Below are positions 29,240-38,715 of a stretch of 64,000 nt of DNA, in pieces. The DNA lies in contig OZ243927.1 in the NCBI GenBank assembly GCA_965213925.1, positions 1,888,001 to 1,952,000 of the forward strand, in the 5' to 3' direction. Source of the DNA: Trueperaceae bacterium (GTDB taxonomy: Bacteria > Deinococcota > Deinococci > Deinococcales > Trueperaceae). Position numbers and translations under genes: made by a program. The notes under the pieces are model-generated. The model searched no databases and was not told where the DNA came from. It saw only the letters and a program-made list of their open reading frames with translations. Positions within the stretch are counted from its first letter, which is position 1; each line of letters starts with the position of its first letter.

Positions 29240-30586
29240 ATGTCTGACCTCTTCTCCCTCACGCTAAGCGAGCTGGCGAGCGCCTACCGCACAGGTGAAC
29301 TCACCGCCGTACGGGTCACCGAAGCTTATTTAGAGAAGCTCGAGCCCAGCCCCATCTACCGCCTCATCACCGAGGAGCGAGCCTTCGCGCAAGCTAAACG
29401 CGCAGATGAAGCGTTCGCAAGAGGTGAAGATAACGGACCCCTCCAGGGCGTGCCGATCGCGCTCAAAGATCTCATGGATACGGAGGGAGAAGTTACGGCG
29501 GCGGGCTCTACGGTTTTAGCAAAGAACCCGCCTGCCGCGCAGGATTGTCCAGCGGCGGCGCGCTTGGACGAGGCGGGCGCAGTGTTTTTAGGCAAAACGA
29601 ACATGACGGAGTTCGCGTTTTCCGGTCTGGGTTTGAACCCGCACTACGGCACGCCAGGCAACGCTTTAGACTCGGCGCGCGTCCCTGGCGGCTCCTCTTC
29701 GGGCTCGGCGGTGGCGGTGGCGAAAGGTCTGGCGGTCGCTGCGATCGGCTCGGATACGGGCGGCTCGGTGCGGATTCCGGCGGCGTTCAATGGGCTCGTC
29801 GGACTCAAAACGACGGACGGCGCGGTTCCCGTAGAGGGCTGCGTGCCGCTCTCCACCACGCTCGACACGCTCGGACCGATCACCAAAACGGTAGAGGATG
29901 CCTGGCACGTGTGGCGCGTGCTCGCGGGGCAGCCTGCGGCGGCATTTATGCCTCGAGAGGTGACAGGGCTCAGACTCCTAGCGCCCACCACGGTGTTACA
30001 AGAAGATTTAGACTCCGCAGTGAAAGAAGCGTTCGAGCAAGGGTGTGAGAGGTTAGAAGCGCTAGGCGCAACGGTCGAATATTGTGAAATGCCCGTTATA
30101 GATGAAATCGGCAAGGCGCGTGCGCGCTACGGCTCGTTTGCGGGGCTCGAGTCTCTCGCTCTATACGAAGACCTGATAGGGCGCGAAGGCAACCAGATAG
30201 ACCCCCGCGTCACCTCACGTATCTTGAAGCAAAGAGGTAAGCAGGCGACAGATTACATCCGCCTAACTTACGCGAGAAGGAGGATTCAAGCCACCTTCTG
30301 GGAAACGTGCGCTTCATTTGATGCGGTGCTCGCGCCCACCGTCGCTGTGCTGCCTCCGAGAATCGGTGACCTGGAGGACGACGCACGCTACTTCGAAGCG
30401 AACAGCCGCGTGCTGCGCAACACCTCGGTGTTCAACTTTCTAGGTACGCCCGCCGTGAGCGTTCCTTGTAGTACGTCACCGGAGGGCTTATCGGTTGGGT
30501 TGACGATCGTAGCGAGACCTCATGAAGAGCACTTGGCGCTCTCGGTAGCGCAGGCGGTGGAAGCGGATTTTAGGGGAGAGGGTTGA
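29240..30586 (+). CDS. Amidase signature family protein
   Basis: ALKDL, GKTNMTEFA, PGGSSSGS, GSDTGGSVRIPA. Confidence 0.93.
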   Translation: MSDLFSLTLSELASAYRTGELTAVRVTEAYLEKLEPSPIYRLITEERAFAQAKRADEAFARGEDNGPLQGVPIALKDLMDTEGEVTAAGSTVLAKNPPAAQDCPAAARLDEAGAVFLGKTNMTEFAFSGLGLNPHYGTPGNALDSARVPGGSSSGSAVAVAKGLAVAAIGSDTGGSVRIPAAFNGLVGLKTTDGAVPVEGCVPLSTTLDTLGPITKTVEDAWHVWRVLAGQPAAAFMPREVTGLRLLAPTTVLQEDLDSAVKEAFEQGCERLEALGATVEYCEMPVIDEIGKARARYGSFAGLESLALYEDLIGREGNQIDPRVTSRILKQRGKQATDYIRLTYARRRIQATFWETCASFDAVLAPTVAVLPPRIGDLEDDARYFEANSRVLRNTSVFNFLGTPAVSVPCSTSPEGLSVGLTIVARPHEEHLALSVAQAVEADFRGEG

Positions 30587-30662
30587 GCAATACGAGCCAA
30601 AAAGAAGAACAGATGCCCGAAAACACCTGCTCGTTGCTGGTTAGTTGTTTGGGTACTCGAGC

Positions 30663-31097
30663 CTAATCGCTCCGCCGCGTCACTAAAACCGCGGCTAAGA
30701 TGATGAGGCTGACACCGATAGCGGGCAAGAGCCAGCTCGGACCCGTCGAGGAGGCGAGCCTGAACGCCGCACGCTTGTTCGCCAACGTAACGCTGTCCAC
30801 GCGCCCAAAACCGGGAACCGTGTAGCCTCGTCCGCCCGCGCCTTCGCCCAGAATGAAAAGAGGTCCGCTTCTATCCGCGACCTCAACGGTAAGCCCCTCT
30901 CTAGCTAGCATCGCCGGGACTTCTGTCGGCGTAAAAGAGGCTCCAGCACGTTTCAAATTGGGTAACGAAACCTGCAAAAACTTGCGCAGCGTGCGAGCCT
31001 CTTCGACCTGCAGACGCATGTGACGACCCGCGCCCGTGAACTTGGCACGCTGACCGTCTATCTCGAGGTCTAAATCGGCTATGACGCGGCGCGACAT
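30663..31097 (-). CDS. Hypothetical protein with C-terminal membrane anchor
   Basis: 144 aa, C-terminal TM plus basic tail; 3 nt after the upstream gene. Confidence 0.65.
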   Translation of the reverse strand: MSRRVIADLDLEIDGQRAKFTGAGRHMRLQVEEARTLRKFLQVSLPNLKRAGASFTPTEVPAMLAREGLTVEVADRSGPLFILGEGAGGRGYTVPGFGRVDSVTLANKRAAFRLASSTGPSWLLPAIGVSLIILAAVLVTRRSD

Positions 31098-31100
31098 CGC

Positions 31101-31334
31101 TTATTGTCCAGGTTCGGAGGTGGTGACGCGGATGGTGCCGTCCATCTTCCAGACTGCGCGGGGCGAGTTAGGTCCGGTATCGCGGGGCACCTCGACAGTC
31201 ATCTTGTCGAATTCGTAGGTGATTGTCGCGTTGCGACCGGTCAGCCGCTCGTAAAGCGCCATCCCTAAGTCCACAAAGGTGACGCGCTCCTTGTCCTCGA
31301 TGTTGGTTGAGTTGGTCAGTTTGGTGTCGGCCAT
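31101..31334 (-). CDS. Small hypothetical protein
   Basis: 77 aa, AAAGGCGG RBS, host-like codon use, LYERLTGRNATITYEFD core. Confidence 0.7.
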   Translation of the reverse strand: MADTKLTNSTNIEDKERVTFVDLGMALYERLTGRNATITYEFDKMTVEVPRDTGPNSPRAVWKMDGTIRVTTSEPGQ

Positions 31335-31395
31335 ATATTATCCGCCTTTCTATTTGCTTAGCTCTACGCTACGCGAAAGTGGTTAGGTAGACCGT

Positions 31396-31545
31396 AAGCT
31401 GCGCTAAAGCTACGCTTCGGGGTAACTGCCAGGCTACGCCAAGGATTCCCACAAAGCTGCGCTAAAGCTACGCCTAAGGATGACTGCCAGGCTGCGCCGA
31501 GGATTCCCCAAAAATTCTCGGCAAAGCCACGCTAAGGATTACCTG
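31396..31545. repeat. 58-bp tandem repeat (about 2.5 units)
   Basis: Units at 31396-31453 and 31454-31511, with a degenerate third unit. Three GCTRCGC boxes per unit. Confidence 0.85.
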
Positions 31546-31611
31546 AAAAGGGGTGAAGCTGCACTTGGAGATTGAGCATCCTCTAGGGTGTTTGGGACGG
31601 AGACCTACTGA

Positions 31612-32535
31612 TTAAATCCCGGTCCTTTGAGGCGCGTTGATAAGTGCCGGATTCACGTCGGCGTCTCTGTCGTCTCTACGAATAAGACGCGCCGCCGCAA
31701 GCAAGCCGATGACCGTTTTAGCGAGAATATCCGCGAAGACAATCTCGCCCATCTGCGCTACGCTCAAGGTTCCTGCGAAAGCGATGACGGTGAAGGTGAC
31801 GGAGTCAATCGGGATGCTGACCGCGTTCGAGGTGACGACGCGGGTCAGCCAACGCCTCGAGATAAAGCGCTGATAGACCTCTGTGTCCGCCGCTTCCGCG
31901 AGAACGATGGCGAGAAAGCCCGCCAAGAGAAAGCGGAGCGGAATTCCCAAATAAAAGCTCAGCAGCATGTTCGTGACCGCCGCGACGAAAATCATCAGGT
32001 AGACCTGCGTGCGCCCGTAGCGGTGGACGCGGTCTCGCTGGGTAAAGGTGACGCCGAAAAAGAGCGTGCCCACCGAGAGTAGACCGAAAAGCGGCAAGGG
32101 GATAAAGGTGTCAAAGGTGAAGTTGGCTAAGAGCGTACAGAGGACATAGACCGTCATCGCAGCGAGCATAGCGGCGTCTTCTTGCAAAAAGCGGGCGTAA
32201 AATTCGCCCATCAAAATAGCGGTCAGTGGCGCGATGAAAAAGAGGGGAGACGCGCCCGTGAAGAGGGCGAGGAGACCTAAGACCACCCCGTTCAGCATTA
32301 AAGCCGCTAGAATTGTCCTGGCAAGCTGACCTCCTTCCCTAAGCTGCTGGCGCAGATGATACATCACGCCTGTAAAGAGCCCGCCCACAAAGATGATCAC
32401 GACGAGCGGCAGCGTTGCAGATGCGGCGGCTACGCCGTCATCCGATTGTGCCAGATAAAGAAGTAGCGAGCAGCCCAAATTCGCTGTGAGTGTAGCAACA
32501 AGGTAACTAACTGTCGGGGAAACCCTGGAAAACAC
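31612..32535 (-). CDS. VUT/YhhQ family putative queuosine-precursor transporter with extra N-terminal TM domain
   Basis: GTLFFGVTFTQRD, EAADTEVY, SNAVSIPIDSVTF. Confidence 0.82.
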   Translation of the reverse strand: MFSRVSPTVSYLVATLTANLGCSLLLYLAQSDDGVAAASATLPLVVIIFVGGLFTGVMYHLRQQLREGGQLARTILAALMLNGVVLGLLALFTGASPLFFIAPLTAILMGEFYARFLQEDAAMLAAMTVYVLCTLLANFTFDTFIPLPLFGLLSVGTLFFGVTFTQRDRVHRYGRTQVYLMIFVAAVTNMLLSFYLGIPLRFLLAGFLAIVLAEAADTEVYQRFISRRWLTRVVTSNAVSIPIDSVTFTVIAFAGTLSVAQMGEIVFADILAKTVIGLLAAARLIRRDDRDADVNPALINAPQRTGI

Positions 32536-32772
32536 GTAAAACTCCTCTTAAAGTTGCGGTTGAGTGGAGCGGTCATGTCACCTCCCGCCGAAATAGAAGT
32601 ATAACGTACGTTCTGCCTCTCTACGCGGCTTGATGAACGAACGCTGAATCTCGTGAGGCGCGTGCTACAGGCAGTTAGGTAACCCTCGCAATCCTCTCAT
32701 CAAGCTCGGCTGTGTGAGTTCTCGAGCATACCCCTCGCCACTACCTCTTCAGCATTCAGTTATGCTCGCTAC

Positions 32773-33201
32773 ATGGCACCTAAATCTATAGGCGAATTTA
32801 CAGGCGAAGACTTTGTAGGTACACCGGCAGACTCGCTCCTAGAAACCTTGGATATCGAGGTCACGCACGCCACGCCCGAAGAGGTCAGGGCTACGATGCC
32901 CGTCACCTCTAAAGTCCATCAGCCCTACGGCATCTTGCACGGCGGCGCGTCCGTCGTGCTGGCAGAGACCGTCGCGAGCGTTGGCGCGTCGGTCAGCGTG
33001 GACTTGAAACAGCGGGCGGTAGGTTTAGAGATCAACGCCAACCACCTCCGCGCCAAGCGTGACGGGACGTTGGAGGCGGTAGCGAAACCGCTTCACAAGG
33101 GACGAACGACGCAGCTCTGGCAGATTGAGATTCGCGACGAAGAGGATAAGCTGGTGTGCGTGTCGCGCTGCACATTGGCGATTATTGAGGTGGAAGGTTA
33201 G
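32773..33201 (+). CDS. Hotdog-fold thioesterase (PaaI/MenI-like)
   Basis: HQPYGILHGGASVVLAE, GLEINANHLR, GRTTQLW. Confidence 0.9.
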   Translation: MAPKSIGEFTGEDFVGTPADSLLETLDIEVTHATPEEVRATMPVTSKVHQPYGILHGGASVVLAETVASVGASVSVDLKQRAVGLEINANHLRAKRDGTLEAVAKPLHKGRTTQLWQIEIRDEEDKLVCVSRCTLAIIEVEG

Positions 33202-33230
33202 GTGGACCTCTTGCCAGCCCCACTCAAAAA

Positions 33231-33266
33231 AAGACCTCTGCACCTTAGCTAAGGTGCAGAGGTCTT
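33231..33266 (-). terminator. Terminator (perfect 36-bp palindrome) after tRNA-Pro
   Basis: AAGACCTCTGCACCTTAG|CTAAGGTGCAGAGGTCTT with an A run on the left (U tract on the minus strand). Confidence 0.75.
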
Positions 33267-33307
33267 CTCGAGGTACCGCGTTTTCGAGATGATACCTCCT
33301 TATATAA

Positions 33308-33381
33308 TCGGGGCGAGAGGATTTGAACCTCCGACCCCATCGTCCCGAACGATGTGCGCTACCAGGCTGCGCTACGCCCCG
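33308..33381 (-). tRNA. tRNA-Pro(CGG), CCA not encoded
   Basis: CGGGGCG..CGCCCCG-A, anticodon loop TT-CGG-GA, GGTTCAAATC. Confidence 0.96.
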
Positions 33382-33387
33382 ATGAAC

Positions 33388-33465
33388 AGCAGGTATCATC
33401 TGGTCACAAACGCCATCAGCCAAAAAGGTGTTGACTAAACTTGCACGTTCAAAGATGATATCTGC
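33388..33465 (-). mobile_element. Mini-MITE family B, copy 2 (in the tRNA-Pro leader)
   Basis: Minus strand GCAGATATCATC...TGACCAGATGATACCTGCT. Confidence 0.65.
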
Positions 33466-33501
33466 GAAGATACACGGCAACCTGTTACGAAGCCGCTACA
33501 T

Positions 33502-33531
33502 AGTTTACTCGAGGAAGCGTTAGAGCGTCAA
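33502..33531 (-). promoter_or_regulatory. Promoter of tRNA-Pro
   Basis: Minus strand TTGACG-18 nt-TAAACT. Confidence 0.6.
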
Positions 33532-33623
33532 GCCGTGAGGGAGCAAACTAAAGATACTGAATGGTTAGTTGCGTAAGTGCAGAGTCATGCGGATTCCAAG
33601 GGACTAAAATCATTCGAGCTTTG

Positions 33624-33698
33624 GCAGGCATTATCTTTATAATGTAGTATTCTCAAGCGTGCTTTCTCCGCTGAGAGTGTTCCTGACCAGATGATTGC
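33624..33698 (+). mobile_element. Mini-MITE family B, degenerate copy
   Basis: GCAGGCATTATC...TGAGAGTGTT..TGACCAGATGAT. Confidence 0.45.
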
Positions 33699-33772
33699 GC
33701 GAAGCTTTTCCCGGTTACACCGTTCGTTTTCGCGGATGCGAAAGGGAAACTTCGCAAACGAAGTAACCTGCT

Positions 33773-34219
33773 TCAATTCTCCTGCCGCACCACCATCACC
33801 GTGCAGGGCGCGTGCCGCACGATGCTCTCGGCGTCGTTGCCCAAGAGGATGCGCGCAGCGGTATTCTGCTCGCGGTTGCCGATAACGATCACATCCGCGC
33901 CCAGCTCTTCGCTCAACTTGATGATCTCGCCGTCCACTTTGCCCATGCGCACGTAAGACCCGGTAATGTCCCCGCCCGCCGCCTCGATCTGCTGAAGGCT
34001 CCGGTCTAGGCGCTCTTGCGCCTCCTCTTTGAGCTTATTGAACTGTCCTTCTGAGAGCGTGTCGGGGTGCGTCCACTGCGAGAGCATCCCGACGTGAATC
34101 ACGTGCAACTCGGAGTCGGTCTTGTTGGCGAGGTCCACTGCGGTTTTGAGCGTGTGCGAGGGTTCTCTAAGTCCGTCCACGGCTAAGAGTAGCTTCATAG
34201 GAAAGGTATCTGCGTTCAT
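33773..34219 (-). CDS. Universal stress protein
   Basis: LLAVDG, LHVIHV, ILLGNDAESIVRHAPCTVMVVR. Confidence 0.9.
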   Translation of the reverse strand: MNADTFPMKLLLAVDGLREPSHTLKTAVDLANKTDSELHVIHVGMLSQWTHPDTLSEGQFNKLKEEAQERLDRSLQQIEAAGGDITGSYVRMGKVDGEIIKLSEELGADVIVIGNREQNTAARILLGNDAESIVRHAPCTVMVVRQEN

Positions 34220-34505
34220 GATTCACCTCTCGAGTCTTTAAGGGTCCTTCAACTGAGCAATGCGCCCATCTAACCTCTTGTTTTATTAAGTACCTATACC
34301 TAATTAGTTTTAACTACCCTAGAACGTTCGAATTGCTGATCCTACTGTATTGCGCAGCTTTAACAACGCTCTTTTGGTTTAACTTAAATCAGTGCGAGCA
34401 CTTAGATTTATTTAACTCGGTGCTTTGTGCGCTGAGGTGCTCGAGGCTTCTGGGTCTCGAGCACCTTTTGGCATGGATTTAGTGTACGCGATTGAGTGCG
34501 CGCGC

Positions 34506-35843
34506 TTAGCGACTCTTGCGCAAAATTGTCTGCAACTCCCTTTGCAAGTTGCTCACCGCTTCTTGCCCATCTACCTCGCCGCGCAGCACGCGGGTGAAGG
34601 TTTGGGCGATGCGCTGCGACATCGCGGAGTAAAAAGGCGTTACGGGTCTCACCCGCGCGTTTTCCACCGCGTCACGTCCGAGCGAGACGACGGGGACTTG
34701 CTCCGTGATCTCTTGGTCTTCGTAGAGGGGTTGCAGTGTCGGTAAAAAGCCGCCCTCTAACGCTCTGAGTTTCTGCTGCTCGGGGTCAGTAGCAAATTGG
34801 ATAAACGTCCAGGCTGCGTCCACATTGTCAGAGTCCGCGCTGATCATCAGGTTCCAGCCGCCCAAGGTGGCGAACGTCGGGTTGCCTTCTGAAACAACCG
34901 GGAGCTGCGCGACGCCAACCTGCTCGAGGGAGAGGTTTGAGTCCTCTATGAGCCCGTAGACGAAGGGCCAGTTGCGCATGAAGACCGCGTCGCCCGCTAA
35001 AAACGCTTCGTAGGCGTCCTCTTCGCGGAAGTCAGTGACCTCTTGCGGCGCGACGCCGTCTTCGACGAGGCTCCGCGCCGCGTTCAAGCCCTGCGCCGCG
35101 CCCGTGCCGTCAATGTTGATGACGTTCGGGCTCGTCACGTTCTGCCCGAAGGTGCCCGCTGTCGAGATGTTGCCGGTCAGCACGCGCCCCCTTGCGCCCC
35201 AAATGTACTCCAGCGCGTTTGCTACGCCACCTTCGTAGGTGGCACCCTGAAAGACGAAACCGTACTGCGTGTCTGAATTTTGCGTGATCTGGTTCGCCAT
35301 CTCGCTCAGCTCGTCCCAGGTGGCGGGCGGCTCACTGAAGCCGTTTTGTTCCAAGAGGTCCGCGCGGTAGTACAAGAGTCCGGCGTCGGTGAACCAGGGC
35401 ACGCCCCAGATGCGGTTGCGGTACGTCGCCGAATCGAGGGCGGCTTCGACGAAGTTCTCGCGGTTAAAAGCGCTGTTAAAGCGCCCGGTTAGGTCTCTCA
35501 CCTGGTTGTTGTAAACCAACTCGGCGGTCCAGACCACGTCCGCGCCGATCACATCGATGTCCGAAGCGTCCGCCAAGAAGTCCGACTGAAGTTGCCGCAA
35601 GTACTCGTCCGTCGAGCGCGGCATCTCGCGCCACGTCACCTCGATCTCGCCCTGATATTCCTGGTTGAAGCGGTCAATAAGCGCCTGCAAGCTGCCCGAG
35701 TCGTCCGGTCCGAAGGAGAAGACGATTTGAGTGGGTCCTTGCGCTTGAACGGTTCCCAGCAAAGCGAGACAGAGAATGAGGGCTCCGCCTAACCGTTGAC
35801 GCCACCGACTGATTCGTCTCGAGTGTTTCATTTCTTTATGCAC
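34506..35843 (-). CDS. Sugar ABC transporter substrate-binding protein (trehalose/maltose type)
   Basis: Signal peptide, DVVWTAE, PWFTDAGLLYYR, FMRNWP, LGGWNL. Confidence 0.88.
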   Translation of the reverse strand: MHKEMKHSRRISRWRQRLGGALILCLALLGTVQAQGPTQIVFSFGPDDSGSLQALIDRFNQEYQGEIEVTWREMPRSTDEYLRQLQSDFLADASDIDVIGADVVWTAELVYNNQVRDLTGRFNSAFNRENFVEAALDSATYRNRIWGVPWFTDAGLLYYRADLLEQNGFSEPPATWDELSEMANQITQNSDTQYGFVFQGATYEGGVANALEYIWGARGRVLTGNISTAGTFGQNVTSPNVINIDGTGAAQGLNAARSLVEDGVAPQEVTDFREEDAYEAFLAGDAVFMRNWPFVYGLIEDSNLSLEQVGVAQLPVVSEGNPTFATLGGWNLMISADSDNVDAAWTFIQFATDPEQQKLRALEGGFLPTLQPLYEDQEITEQVPVVSLGRDAVENARVRPVTPFYSAMSQRIAQTFTRVLRGEVDGQEAVSNLQRELQTILRKSR

Positions 35844-36027
35844 CCCTTCCTTTAGAGGTTTTGCGACGTGCTGAAAAGATTGCCGCAGATTTTATAATTT
35901 TACCCTTGTGATGTATCTCGTGTTGTTTATCTCAGAACGTGTGAGTTGAGTCGCGCCTTATTCACTGAGCGCATCTGTGACCGGTTCCGAACGTTAGTGA
36001 GACCGACTTTGATACCCGCTTGCACGC

Positions 36028-37617
36028 CTACCAGAATGACCCGACGATAATCGCGGTCAACACGAGTAACGCGATGGACTGATAGCGGTAGTTGAGATAC
36101 CACGGTACGTCTTGGAGGTCTTTGGTCTCTTGCTTCCAGAGTTTGGGCTTCCAGACTAAGTCTTCGATCCTTTCAGCGGGCTCCGGCTCGGTAACTAAGC
36201 TTATTCCGACGTAAACGATGATGCTGAGGAGGAAAGAAATTCCGGAAGCGTAGAGGAACTGGATGGTAAACACGCCCAGAATTTCGTTGAGGACGAAGAA
36301 GACCAGACCCGTAGGCACCATGATGGCGAGCGTCCAGAACGCGCCGTGGCGGGTGCCGCGCATCCAGGAGATACCGACTAAAAAGACCACGACGATGGGC
36401 GGCACCGCGTAGGCAAGGACCGACTGGAAGTACTGCCAGAGCGTCGGGAAGCGCTGAATCTGCGGAGCCCAGAAAATCGCGACGGTCATGACAATGGCGG
36501 TGGTCACACGCCCGATAAAGACTAGTGTGCGGTCGCTGGTATCGGGGCGGAAGGTCTTGACGTAGTCCATGGTGACGAGCGTCGAGGCGGAGTTGAGGAC
36601 GGAATCGACGCTCGAGGTAATCGCCGCGACGAGCGCCGCCAAGATCACCCCGCGTAAGCCGACGGGCAAGAGGTCAAAGGCGAGCGTCGGGAAAGCGAGG
36701 TCGGGGTTGGCGAGGTCGGGGTAAAGCACAATCGCCATCGTGCCGGGTAAAACCATGATAAAGAGAATCGGCAGTTTGAGAAAACCCGCAAACAAGGAGC
36801 CCCAGCGCCCGTGGTTGAGGTTTTTCGCGCCCAGGGTGCGCTGCACGATGAGCTGGTTCGTCGTCCAGAAATAGATGCCGATAATCAGCACCCCGCTAAA
36901 GAGCCCAGGCCACGGCAAGGCAGGGTCCGAAATCGGCTGGATGATGCTCAAAGCCCCTTCGGGCGCAGCCGCTACCATCTCGCTCCAGGAGGGAATAGCG
37001 GCAAACGTCATGAAGAAGACAATGGTGCCGCCGATAATCAGCACCACCGCCTGAATCGAGTCGCTGATAACCACCGCGCCCAGCCCGCCGAAGATGGTGT
37101 AGACCCCCGCCAAAAGCGCGAGCACGAGAATATGACCCCACAGGGGGACGACGGGAAAGAGCGTTTGGCCCACCAGCCCGCCCGCGTAGAGCGCCCCCGC
37201 ACAATCTAAAAACATACTCAAGAAGATAAGAAAGCCTGAAAACGCCAAGCGAGAGCGTCTGTCGTAGCGCTCCTCTAAAAACTGCGGCATGGTGAAGACT
37301 TCGCTGCGGAGGTAGAAGGGCAGGATAAAAAAGACGAATAGGATGAGGATAATCGCCGCCATCCATTCGTAGGAATAGACCGAAATCCCCGAGTTGTAGC
37401 CCGCCCCAGCGAGCCCCACGAACGACGCGCCCGACATGTTAGTGGCGAAAAGCGAAAAGCCAATCAGGGGCCACGTGAAGTTGCGCCCGCCCAAGAAGTA
37501 GCCGTCGCTGTCATCGCCGCCGCCCCGGTTGAGCCAGAGCGGGATGAGGCGGCTCAAGATGAGATAACCAACCAAAATACCGATGTCGAGCCCTGTAATG
37601 TCGAATCTTTCGGACAT
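36028..37617 (-). CDS. Sodium:solute symporter (SGLT-like)
   Basis: YFLGGR, SLFATN, GGLGAVVISD, QLIVQR, NSASTL. Confidence 0.92.
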   Translation of the reverse strand: MSERFDITGLDIGILVGYLILSRLIPLWLNRGGGDDSDGYFLGGRNFTWPLIGFSLFATNMSGASFVGLAGAGYNSGISVYSYEWMAAIILILFVFFILPFYLRSEVFTMPQFLEERYDRRSRLAFSGFLIFLSMFLDCAGALYAGGLVGQTLFPVVPLWGHILVLALLAGVYTIFGGLGAVVISDSIQAVVLIIGGTIVFFMTFAAIPSWSEMVAAAPEGALSIIQPISDPALPWPGLFSGVLIIGIYFWTTNQLIVQRTLGAKNLNHGRWGSLFAGFLKLPILFIMVLPGTMAIVLYPDLANPDLAFPTLAFDLLPVGLRGVILAALVAAITSSVDSVLNSASTLVTMDYVKTFRPDTSDRTLVFIGRVTTAIVMTVAIFWAPQIQRFPTLWQYFQSVLAYAVPPIVVVFLVGISWMRGTRHGAFWTLAIMVPTGLVFFVLNEILGVFTIQFLYASGISFLLSIIVYVGISLVTEPEPAERIEDLVWKPKLWKQETKDLQDVPWYLNYRYQSIALLVLTAIIVGSFW

Positions 37618-37994
37618 ACAGATTCCTCCCTCTCGAGATAAGCGTCCTAAAACGTCGAGAAGACCGCATTTAGGCTAGAAGCTACCTACGTTGAGTTGCA
37701 AACTTATTCGGGAGTATACGCACCCGCACAAGAAAAAGCAACCCCACGGTGAGGTTGCAAAGAGGTTGCAGGGAAACGGAGCAGAGCCGTCTAAATTTCG
37801 GGGTGAGTGAGGGCGACAGCGAGGCGCAATTGGGCAAATTTATCTGTTCGTACCCTGAGCACAGTCAAACTTTGTGAATTAAGAAGGGCTCGAGGGGTGC
37901 GGGAGCACTAGTAAACGAATCGGGAGCATTATAATAAGGCTGCTAAGTGTTCCCTGTAGGTTAAGCGCTACGCGCTAATGAAGCGTAAACGCAG

Positions 37995-38438
37995 TTAGGC
38001 TTCTTCGCGCCGCACCACCAAAACAGAACAAGGCGCGTGCCGCACGATGCTCTCGGCGTCGTTGCCTAAAAGGATGCGCGAGGCGGCGCTCTGCTTGCGG
38101 CTGCCGATGACGATCATGTCCACCTGGAGTTCGTCGCTGAGCCGGAGCACTTCGCCGTCCACGTCGCCTAGCCTCAAGTGAGACTGGGTGACGTTTCCGC
38201 CCAAGTCCTCTATCTCTTTTTTGTTGCTGTCCAGGCGTATCTGCGCGCGTTCCTTGAAGCGCTCCAACTGCCCCGGCGACATCGGCTCGAAGTGCGCGCC
38301 GTAGTAGAGGATGCCAACGTGAACCACGTGCAGCTCCGCCCCGAAGCCGTTCGCCAGTTCGACCGCCGTGTTGATGGAGGGGGAGGGACCTTCGTAGCCG
38401 TCGATGGCGAGCAGGATTTTCTTCGGAGGAATGCTCAT
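37995..38438 (-). CDS. Universal stress protein
   Basis: ILLAIDG, ILLGNDAESIVRHAPCSVLVVR. Confidence 0.9.
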   Translation of the reverse strand: MSIPPKKILLAIDGYEGPSPSINTAVELANGFGAELHVVHVGILYYGAHFEPMSPGQLERFKERAQIRLDSNKKEIEDLGGNVTQSHLRLGDVDGEVLRLSDELQVDMIVIGSRKQSAASRILLGNDAESIVRHAPCSVLVVRREEA

Positions 38439-38715
38439 GGAATAGGCTCCTTATGTGTTTAGGTCGCACCTGATTAAAGTAACCCGAGCCCCGCCCGAAC
38501 GCTAGGTCACTCAGATCTTTGTCCGATACTATAGCAGACACCTTTCGGCAGACTGATGTGTCTAGGCTTGCTATTTGGAGATAGGTTTGGACGATCAACT
38601 GAGGTAGAAACAAGTCACGATAAATGCTTCCACACCTCTATATTACTCAGTGCGCCCGTGCAGTCCTATTGGTTGCGCTCTCAACTGACGCCCCGCAAAT
38701 GCGTTATCCTACCCC

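Noticed and set aside
29095..30586. Amidase as GatA, linked to tRNA-Asn
   Set aside because: No gatB/gatC nearby, a terminator separates the two, and the protein looks like a generic amidase.
31396..31545. CRISPR array
   Set aside because: Units are contiguous with no unique spacers, there are only about 2.5 copies, and no cas genes are in the window.
32628..32705. 9-bp inverted repeat GCTTGATGA/TCATCAAGC
   Set aside because: Single short instance with no second copy seen in the window.
29095..33381. Genomic island between tRNA-Asn and tRNA-Pro
   Set aside because: No integrase and no duplicated tRNA 3' end (att) was found.
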